From: an uncultured Nitrososphaerales archaeon
GTDB lineage: Archaea; Thermoproteota; Nitrososphaeria; Nitrososphaerales; Nitrososphaeraceae
Reading direction: 5' to 3'
Assembly (NCBI GenBank): GCA_963709405.1
Contig: CAVPXM010000067.1
Span: forward strand, 1 to 15,555
Length of the DNA: 15,555 bases
This document shows, one piece after another, positions 8,081 to 15,555 of this stretch. The notes under the pieces are model-generated. The model made no database searches, was not told the origin of the DNA, and saw nothing but the letters and a program-made list of their open reading frames with translations. Position 1 is the first letter of the stretch. Each line of letters starts with the position of its first letter. Position numbers and translations under genes: made by a program.

Positions 8081-9202
8081 TCATTTCTTTGGTTGTTGAC
8101 TGCTAGTTACCATGTCGCTGCCCTTTGGAGGCACCCATGTTCCTGCTGGATGGTCGGTGTCTGTTGCGTTATTCGAGGCCAAGACTGCAAATGCACCACC
8201 CTTTACCACATCAGATAAGGAGTGTGTAACACCAACGTAGAGTCCAGGTTGCGGGAATGTTGCTTCGATTACAGAACCAGATCCTGGTGGAATAGTCCAA
8301 GTATCATCATTCTTGTTGACCAAGCCGTATCTATCACCTAGACCTGCACCAGCACTACCATCACGCACAGTTATCATGCTTCCGATGAAGTGGAATGCAA
8401 GGAAGTGATTGGGACCGCCATTCGCAATGTACCACCTAGTCAGTTCATTAGGTTTCACCATGAAAACCGTGGCATTCTTGTTAAGTTCGATCTTTGCAAT
8501 CTTTCCAACTGCTGGAACGTATTTGAATGCCATGCCGTTTGTAAGCTCTAGGTCATTATTGTTTGCCAACATGTTGGTAAGGTTGAAGTTAGCTGGACCG
8601 GTTTGATTCTTACCTGAAAGTGGGGCTGGAATATTAGATCCATAAATTTCTCCAAAAGCTACATAGAATTCTTTGGCCTTTTCTTCATTTGTCGGATGTA
8701 CCACTATACCTCCGTACATTCCGCTTGCTACATGCTCCCAGATACCGTTGAGTGCATCAGCGCTACAATGATAGAAGAAGAATCCTGGGATAGCACCTAC
8801 AGTGCTCCATGTCTTGGATTGACCTGGTTGGACTGGACCGGAATTTGCAGCGTTAGTACCAAATCCAGCATGATAATCCACACTGTGGACAAGCTTTCCC
8901 TCATTCTTAAGTGTGGTTGTTAGGTTATCTCCTTGATCGATTGAAATTAACGGACCAGGGATAGTACCATTGAACACCATTGCATTGTACTTAATTCCGC
9001 CTGGATGAAGAGCGTTATCTGGAGCGACTTGAACTTCTTTTTCGCTTGCGATAATAGTCACATGTTTTTGTTTGCCCGTTGGCGCCGCCGGAGCTTGAGC
9101 ATATGCAGAATTAGACTGGGATTTTCCTATAAGAGAAGGACCTACTATTAATCCCACTGCCAATACTCCTGCCATTAGGGCTGGTAGAATTAGACGATTC
9201 AT
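8081..9202 (-). CDS. nirK: Copper-containing nitrite reductase, AOA-type (two-domain multicopper protein), exported
   Basis: HSVDYH (T1 His, catalytic Asp, T2 His), YHC...EHVASGMYG (T2 His; T1 Cys, His, Met), FHFIG (catalytic His) and VTHSL (T2 His). Signal peptide ends AYA|QA. The likely start is MNRLIL at 9202, with TTTTATAT at 9227-9234. Confidence 0.9.
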   Translation of the reverse strand: MNRLILPALMAGVLAVGLIVGPSLIGKSQSNSAYAQAPAAPTGKQKHVTIIASEKEVQVAPDNALHPGGIKYNAMVFNGTIPGPLISIDQGDNLTTTLKNEGKLVHSVDYHAGFGTNAANSGPVQPGQSKTWSTVGAIPGFFFYHCSADALNGIWEHVASGMYGGIVVHPTNEEKAKEFYVAFGEIYGSNIPAPLSGKNQTGPANFNLTNMLANNNDLELTNGMAFKYVPAVGKIAKIELNKNATVFMVKPNELTRWYIANGGPNHFLAFHFIGSMITVRDGSAGAGLGDRYGLVNKNDDTWTIPPGSGSVIEATFPQPGLYVGVTHSLSDVVKGGAFAVLASNNATDTDHPAGTWVPPKGSDMVTSSQQPKK

Positions 9203-9379
9203 TAGTTCGAGTGTTACCTGATCGTCATATAAAACATTTACTGGTGACATTTGAACATGACATTACAGAAGAATGAAAATTACTTAATTATAGGAGCATA
9301 TGGAAGAAAAAATCCTCAGTTCGTGGATATAAGGTAAAAGTGGAAAACCAAAGAAATTTTCGGGTCAAAGTAACATTTT

Positions 9380-11818
9380 CTAATTGTGGTGGTCACTGCT
9401 ATGATTATTCGTCTCTTTAAGTTGGTTTGTAGACCTATCCAGTATATTCAAGTAGTCTGTACTTGACAGCCCTTCGTTATTTGTTACCGTGAGCTTGAGC
9501 TTCAGAAGAGCATCATTTGAAACATCAGGGAGTTTGAATGACCAGCCTGACGTGTCAGCTCCACTTACAGTTGTGCCCGAAGGTCCGGCTATTTGATCCC
9601 AGTTATAAGACAAATCTCCGCCTGCAGGATCGTAACTGCCACTGCCGTCAACAACAACTGTCGACCCCCCATTCGCTATTTGATCTGGGCCCGCTACTGC
9701 AACGGGAGGTTCTTTATTAGCAATAGTTTTTTCAGATAATGTCGTAGCTGAAGTGAAGGGAGGGGTAAGTGGAGGAGCTAGATTAGATTGGTTCGCTGTC
9801 AAATTAGAAGCAAGCTCCTGCGATATTGTAGTGTGTATATTATTATTGAACGAATTTGAAGGAATATTTACAATAGACGAATTAATTTGGCCAGCCGTAT
9901 ATGGACTTGGGATATTTACTTGATTATTGTTAACCAGAAATCTTGATGGGATATTTTGAGATTGCTCGATCGCTGTGGAAACATTCACGTTCTGATTGCT
10001 ATTACTAACCTGGACATGACTATTTGAGTTGGTCTGAGTAATAGAATTAGATGATAATTGGTTAATTGACGATGTAGAAGCAGACGGATTAGCCTTTTTA
10101 GCAAGTACATCAACAGTCGCTGAAGAGGCACGTCCCGCTTTGTCAGTCACCGTTAACCTGTACGCGAAGTGTGTGTCGGACTGAACCTTTGGAACCATAA
10201 AGGATAGCACTGGAGAGTCACTACCTTTCGAGATTATCGATGGACTATTACTGAGTGGTACCCATGAATAAGATACAATTGAACCGCTAGGAGATTTACT
10301 AGCCCCTCCATTCAAGGTAACTTGTTCTTGCCCATTGACAACTGAAGTTGATTGTTTAATAGCGACGATTGGTGGTGAGCCGCTGCTTGTCTGGACTCCA
10401 AGATTAGCTTTTGAATTTGAAGGATTCGGTTGAAGTGGCGATGGCTGACTCGGCAAATTAGTACTTTCCAACTCATGGAAAGGCATTGGAAATATTAGAC
10501 TGGGACCTATTCCGTTTGGTACACTCCCAGGTATTGAGCCATTCTGGCCTTGATTTTGCTCGTTAATTATTGTGCTGGTGGTACTATTACTTGAGTTATT
10601 AGCATTGTTACTTGGAGTATTTGCGCTAGTTGGATTTTGGTTGTTTGCTGAGCTATTGCTATTATTGATTGAGATTGTAATTGTTGGTTTTGGTGGAATT
10701 GATGCAGGCTTTGGCGTCGGCTCGGCGGTAGATTGTTTTGAGATTACGACTTTGCCTGGAATGATATTAGTAGTATTAGTTGTAACATGATTACTTACCG
10801 AGTTGCTGCTAGTCGGCTTTGGAGGAATTAATGTAGTGTTTGGCTTTGCAGGAATTTGATTTGAGATTACGACTTTGCCTGGAATGATATTAGTAGTATT
10901 AGTTGTGGTTTGATTACTTGCTGCGTTAGGACTGTTGTTACTATTAATAGTACCAGAAGTAATTCTGATATTATATGGAGGAACGAACACAGTTCCCTTC
11001 TCACTAGCAGACCCTTGATTTGTCACGTTTAGTGCATTTTCGATACTATTTTTACGCTCCACAATACTGTTTTTACGCTCCGCAATACCATTATTAACTG
11101 TCTTGTTAACTGCGGTTTCGACAATCTTTTTATGCTCTTTTATGCCATTATTAACACTGGTTACGGTAGGCACTGGAGTAACATTTTTCTCCACAATACT
11201 GTTTTTACGCTCCGCAATACCATTATTAACTGTCTTGTTAACTGCGGTTTCGACAATCTTTTTATGCTCTTTTATGCCATTATTAACACTGGTTACGGTA
11301 GGCACTGGAGTAACATTTTTCGACTTTTTCATCTCGGCAAAATTGACACTTTTTGAAGGAACAATCGGTTTATATGAATTTGATACACCTGTGAAATTTA
11401 CGCTATAAAACTTGACAGATTGGGCGGCAGGAGCGTTGCTATCTTTTGCATTGACACAGGAAATTTTCGATGTCACTCTATTATTTCCTTCTTTTATCAC
11501 CGACGTATTAGATGGTGTAAAGGTATATTTCCAAGAAGAGAAATCCTCTGCGCCTTTACCTGTCCCACTCGGTATAACGTTCTTGTACGGTTTAAAGTCA
11601 TTTATAAGAACCCCAACAGTACATTTGGTGTCAGGTCTGTCTGAGGAAGTCCCTGTAATCGTTAGAATCTTGATTCCATCCGATAACTTCTGTCCCTTGG
11701 TGGGAGAAGTAATCTTCACGCTAGGTGTTGCTGGCTGAGCACTCGCAGCAGTTATTGATACAATAGAGAAAATTATTAACCCAAAGCTTAACATTAACAT
11801 GAATTTCTCAAGCTTCAA
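9380..11818 (-). CDS. Large secreted/surface protein: N-terminal Ig-like domain, N/S/T/P-rich repeats, two PKD-like domains
   Basis: Signal peptide (ASA|QP), an Ig-like segment VKITSP...ITGTSSD...C...SSWKYT...KISC, and PKD-like segments VTLNG..S...IVSYSW...LTVTD and PVAVAGPDQ...DGSGSYDP...YNWDQ...LTVTNNEG. Confidence 0.85.
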   Translation of the reverse strand: MKLEKFMLMLSFGLIIFSIVSITAASAQPATPSVKITSPTKGQKLSDGIKILTITGTSSDRPDTKCTVGVLINDFKPYKNVIPSGTGKGAEDFSSWKYTFTPSNTSVIKEGNNRVTSKISCVNAKDSNAPAAQSVKFYSVNFTGVSNSYKPIVPSKSVNFAEMKKSKNVTPVPTVTSVNNGIKEHKKIVETAVNKTVNNGIAERKNSIVEKNVTPVPTVTSVNNGIKEHKKIVETAVNKTVNNGIAERKNSIVERKNSIENALNVTNQGSASEKGTVFVPPYNIRITSGTINSNNSPNAASNQTTTNTTNIIPGKVVISNQIPAKPNTTLIPPKPTSSNSVSNHVTTNTTNIIPGKVVISKQSTAEPTPKPASIPPKPTITISINNSNSSANNQNPTSANTPSNNANNSSNSTTSTIINEQNQGQNGSIPGSVPNGIGPSLIFPMPFHELESTNLPSQPSPLQPNPSNSKANLGVQTSSGSPPIVAIKQSTSVVNGQEQVTLNGGASKSPSGSIVSYSWVPLSNSPSIISKGSDSPVLSFMVPKVQSDTHFAYRLTVTDKAGRASSATVDVLAKKANPSASTSSINQLSSNSITQTNSNSHVQVSNSNQNVNVSTAIEQSQNIPSRFLVNNNQVNIPSPYTAGQINSSIVNIPSNSFNNNIHTTISQELASNLTANQSNLAPPLTPPFTSATTLSEKTIANKEPPVAVAGPDQIANGGSTVVVDGSGSYDPAGGDLSYNWDQIAGPSGTTVSGADTSGWSFKLPDVSNDALLKLKLTVTNNEGLSSTDYLNILDRSTNQLKETNNHSSDHHN
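10737..10906. repeat. Intragenic 47-bp identical repeat, period 123 bp (TTNTTNIIPGKVVIS x2)
   Basis: 10737-10783 is identical to 10860-10906. Confidence 0.9.
11057..11321. repeat. Intragenic perfect 2 x 132-bp tandem repeat (44 aa unit)
   Basis: 11057-11188 is identical to 11189-11320 and encodes KNVTPVPTVTSVNNGIKEHKKIVETAVNKTVNNGIAERKNSIVE. Confidence 0.95.
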
Positions 11819-12214
11819 TTAATTGACCTTGGGTAGCATGTAAAAATGACTATAAAAATATCGGTTGTTAACAGAATTTGGCTAAGAATAAAAATTACTT
11901 TACATGCATATCTGCAAATTTCGCTTCTAGGTCAGAAATATTGTGCGAGACATGCATATGCCTTTTTCGTGGCGTAGTCATATCGTGTATCTTTATAATG
12001 AACAAGCAAATCAGATCACTAAATTCAGATTGTGTTTTATAAAGTTAGGTGTCGATAGAGTCGTTATTTCTTTCTTTCTTTCTTTTTTCTCTGTTCCTCT
12101 TCACACTTGATCTAATGTTCCGTATCCAAACCCGAACATTAGTCATCAGTTTGTGTTAAGAGGGTTAAGACAGTAATTCGAATGACCTGTATACTTCCAA
12201 CTGGATATAATGAT

Positions 12215-13244
12215 TCAACTAAAGTAGCCCTTTATCCATCTATCAGTATATCTTACTTTATTTTGTATTACAACAATTCTAGAAATTTCGCTTTCATCCA
12301 TTATAGAGTATCCTCGTAATTTCGAACAGAGCAAGCGAGCAAAGTTTCGAACTTCGCTCATCTCCATCATGTTATTCCGTCCAAGCCGCATGGTTGACAT
12401 TCCTATATTCATGTAAGATTTTAGCTCTATAAAATGAGGATTACCTTCTTCCATCATTTTCGAAAATTCTTCTACAAAGTCTAAATGATCATTGTAATCC
12501 CTGATCAATGTCATACGTAGGTACTGTTCTAGTTTGCGCCGAAGCAAGGAAGTGCAAACTCTTCCACCATCTTTCCCATGCATCCTTGTACCGTGGTCGG
12601 TTGATAACAAAAAACATCTTTCTGTTGGATGCGTTTGTCGAAAGGTATATTTGCGTTGGTAATGCATCTTCATCTTGTAGTCTAGCGAGCATTTCAGGTT
12701 CTTGGCCATTAGTGACCAGGAAAATTGATTTAGTAGCCCTTAAAGTTTTTAAATACTTGATCAGTTGCGGCAGCTTTGGATACATCGTTGGTTCACCGGA
12801 AAGTGATATCGCGTAATGAGCCGGAAACAACGACTCATCGAGTTTTTCCTTGCTGTTTTTGGAATGTCCATAAAACCCGCTAATTAGCTTCCTCCTCGCT
12901 TCAATTAAATTCTCCACTATAACATCCGGTTCGTCAACCAATTCTGGCGGCATTTGTAAGGTATCGTAGAACTCTGTCGGACGCCAGCAGTAAACACAAC
13001 GATTTTCGCAATTCATCGCAGCTGGTGTCATTTCCATACACCGGTGAGTAGATATACCATAAAATTTGTGTTTATAGCAGTCACCCTCATTTGCAAATGA
13101 TTTCTTTGTCCAGTGACATAACTCCACTGCCGAATGGTTGTAAACCCCGTACTTTGCTTTCTGTAGCTTCGACTTGATTTGTGGTGTTATCTGAATAAGA
13201 TTTTCCTCGGTGCTATGGGAGATGTATTCGTCAGAGCAACTCAT
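12215..13244 (-). CDS. tyw1: 4-demethylwyosine synthase Tyw1/Taw1 (radical SAM), interrupted by a single +1 frameshift
   Basis: CHWTKK...CYK..FYGI.THRC, CENRCVYC (CxxxCxxC), AISLSGEPTMY, FLVTNG and C-terminal HFIELKSYM. Removing one G at 12520/12521 restores TRTVLRMTL and a 342 aa protein. The likely start is MSCSDE at 13244, with TTTAAA at 13271-13276. Confidence 0.92.
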
Positions 13245-13379
13245 TTTAGATTCTGATAGATTCATTTGAATTTAAAGCTTGCAATAGCAATCTGAAAAAT
13301 CATCCGAAATAATTGATCTCTGCCACTGTTTCACTTGAGAGCATTTATTAGGAATCACTCGTGAAATACGCGTATTGCC

Positions 13380-14198
13380 TTGGGGATTAACACCGAAGAT
13401 ATTGTTAATATAAGCCTGAATTTAGTAAATTGGAAAAAATTACCTGCAGACAGCAATATACATGTTCAAGGGGATAATATTCACAAGGTTCTGATAGCAA
13501 TAGATGTGAGCATAGCAGAATTGGTTCTCGCAAAGAATCTTGGTTGTGATGCCGTGATAGCACATCATCCAATAGGAATCTCCTTGCTCAATTTCCAGAA
13601 GGTAATTGATCGGCACACTGATTACATGGTTGAAAAAGGGATCCCGAATGATATCGCTGCAGATGCTACACGCAAGCTGAAGGAAAGAGTCAGAATAAAA
13701 TCTCATGCTAATATTTATGATCAGGTTGTTCATGCCGCGAAGATGCTGGACTTGCCGCTTGTCAATATTCATCAACCGTGTGACGAGTTTATGCGAAGAA
13801 AGCTATTGGAACAAATAATTTCAGGTAATACAGAATACATCTCAGACGTAATAAACTCAGTCGAATCTATCTCAGAATTCATGAATGTCGATACCAAAGT
13901 GGAGGCTGTTTTTGGGAGCATGGATAACAGAGTTGGCCGATGGGCTTTAGTCTTAGCTGCAGGAACCAACGGTGGGTTTCCTATCGCAAGGGTATATTTT
14001 CAACATGGAATTTCCACTGTAATATATCTTCATATCGACTATAGCGATCTACTAAAAATGCAGGAAGAGCAACTGCATGGAAATCTAATTATCCTGGGTC
14101 ATTTAGCTGGCGACTCCATAGGGCTTAATGCTCTAGCCGATAAATTGGAAGAAAGAGACATAGAAACAGTCAGATTGGGCATTATACCCTCAAAATGA
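13380..14198 (+). CDS. Nif3-like (DUF34) dinuclear metal-centre protein
   Basis: KVLIAIDV, DAVIAHHP, NIHQPCD and terminal GHLAGDSIG metal-ligand motifs. Transcribed divergently from tyw1. Confidence 0.8.
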   Translation: MGINTEDIVNISLNLVNWKKLPADSNIHVQGDNIHKVLIAIDVSIAELVLAKNLGCDAVIAHHPIGISLLNFQKVIDRHTDYMVEKGIPNDIAADATRKLKERVRIKSHANIYDQVVHAAKMLDLPLVNIHQPCDEFMRRKLLEQIISGNTEYISDVINSVESISEFMNVDTKVEAVFGSMDNRVGRWALVLAAGTNGGFPIARVYFQHGISTVIYLHIDYSDLLKMQEEQLHGNLIILGHLAGDSIGLNALADKLEERDIETVRLGIIPSK

Positions 14199-14340
14199 CA
14201 TAAATACTGAATCGTAACGGTTTGTTGTGATTGTCGCCGTACTCGGAAATTGCATGATCTTTGTCATGCTCATTTCTGAAGCCGTTTGCAATCTCTTTTC
14301 TAACGATTATATAATGTCATATCTCTAAAGTTGTTGGTTG

Positions 14341-14452
14341 GCCTTCGTAGTATAGCCTGGTTAGTATAGGCGGCTGTGGTCAAGACGAGATAGTCAATCA
14401 TCAAATTCTTGGAAGAAACCGCTCGAGGAGGGTTCAAATCCCTCCGAAGGCC
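14341..14452 (+). tRNA. tRNA-His(GUG) with a 38-nt intron at 37/38 (14380-14417)
   Basis: Acceptor GCCTTCG/CGAAGGC, discriminator C, anticodon stem GGCGG/CCGCT, anticodon GTG at 14376-14378, T-arm GAGGG-TTCAAAT-CCCTC. G at -1 (14340), CCA not encoded, TTATATAA at 14307-14314. Confidence 0.95.
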
Positions 14453-14551
14453 TCATCATTCCTAAAACTATTCAGAAATATGAGTAAATACGCCTTTTAG
14501 AAATAATCGAGCGAGCTTGAAATTTTAATTATTTAATTCACCAGTTTGATT

Positions 14552-14908
14552 TCAAATTCTAGAAGAACCTTCAAATGCTTCGTGTATTGAAGGGCTGGCT
14601 AGCACCCAACCATAATGATTTTCATCATGTATGTACCTTACCTCTTTAATATTTGGCTTTAGCTTATTTTTTCTTAGCTCCAAAAGAAATTGAGTTTGTA
14701 TCGCCATGCCAATTTTTCTACTCAGTTCAGTCGTCTTGATGTCTCCTTTTGGGAGCAGAAGTCTACAACTAAACTTGTCTTGCCAGCTAGAGTCTCTATA
14801 TAATTTGACCAACTTGTCAACCACGTCATGGACATCGCTAATCCCTTTAACATCAATCGTAGTATTCACTGGAAAATGGAAATAAGATTTGGATTGTGGC
14901 ATATTCAA
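14552..14908 (-). CDS. Hypothetical protein
   Basis: 118 aa ORF with globular composition and no overlap with other genes. The start may be ATG 14902 (MPQSKSYFHFP). Confidence 0.7.
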   Translation of the reverse strand: MNMPQSKSYFHFPVNTTIDVKGISDVHDVVDKLVKLYRDSSWQDKFSCRLLLPKGDIKTTELSRKIGMAIQTQFLLELRKNKLKPNIKEVRYIHDENHYGWVLASPSIHEAFEGSSRI

Positions 14909-15381
14909 TTACCTAGAAAGAACATGCCAGGGAAAAACCTTGAGTCTATAAGTGCTAGATAGAAGATATTCTCATTTTGAAATCTTTGCTGGCATATCAA
15001 AAGTTAGGATCCTTTAGTAATTTACTTCATTTATATATATATTAAAATTTTTTTCACAATCTTCTTGAATGCACCTTTTCAAATCATGTGCATAATGTAA
15101 TGGAAGATTAGGAAGATAGCCATGCAATATTGGTGAATGTCAGGGGAATGACCTCGAATTCGATGTAATATCGGAGACCTATCTCGTGACAGTTACTTTT
15201 AGTAGATATCGACTGCTATTACGTTGGGGGATTTAAATTGAATTATTTCAGATTCATTCAAAAACCAATTTAATGATCTCGACATACTTAACTCAATTTA
15301 TAAATGGTCAATGAAAAGCGCCAGATTTTTCGCTTGCATTCATAGAAGCATCCGTCTTCTTAATATAATCCAAGGATCTAG

Positions 15382-15456
15382 TGCCGGGGGCGGGACTTGA
15401 GCCCGCGACCTTTCGATTATGAGTCGAACGCTCTGGCCATGCTGAGCTACCCCGGC
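15382..15456 (-). tRNA. tRNA-Met(CAU), probably elongator, intronless
   Basis: GCCGGGG-TAGCTCAGCATGGCCAGAGCG-TTCGA-CTCATAA-TCGAA-AGGTC-GCGGG-CTCAAGT-CCCGC-CCCCGGC-A. It lacks the A1-U72 pair and three G-C anticodon-stem pairs of initiators, and lacks the GGGCCC start typical of archaeal Ile2. Confidence 0.92.
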
Positions 15457-15555
15457 AATGCTCAGAGGCCATTTGCTAAGAGAATTCCTTTCTAGTATAT
15501 ATAATAATCATTTCAAACACAGGCTCTGTAAAGTTAAGATAACAAATTATTGTTA

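Noticed and set aside
12215-12709. Separate 164-aa gene overlapping tyw1
   Set aside because: Only the part from about 12520 down to 12215 is coding, and it is the Tyw1 C-terminus.
8409-13969. Opposite-strand ORFs within nirK, the PKD-like gene, tyw1 and the Nif3-like gene
   Set aside because: Antisense shadows. Their hydrophobic or repeated look mirrors the low-complexity sense strand.
14341-15456. tRNA-anchored integrated element
   Set aside because: No duplicated tRNA 3' end and no integrase was seen in the window.

Overview
AT-rich archaeal DNA, most consistent with an ammonia-oxidising archaeon of the Nitrososphaerota (probably soil Nitrososphaeraceae). This is inferred from an AOA-type nirK, Bud32, Taw1/Tyw1, an intron-containing tRNA-His and TATA boxes ~25-30 nt before start codons. 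Layout: bud32 (+); a ~4.5 kb accessory, decaying region (HTH/coiled-coil gene, broken C2H2 Zn-finger gene, two gene remnants); a ~1.2 kb direct duplication carrying rdgB plus a small secreted GGN(M/A)T-repeat peptide gene, with a different gene broken in each copy; then nirK, a large repeat-rich PKD-like surface protein, frameshifted tyw1, a Nif3-like gene, tRNA-His(GUG), a hypothetical gene and tRNA-Met(CAU). The best candidates for something new are the duplicated secreted micro-peptides with near-identical leaders, divergent cores and four N-glycosylation sequons each, and the helically phased triple repeats upstream of two putative DNA-binding genes. Some frameshifts may be sequencing errors. 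All homology calls come from motif recognition, not database searches.
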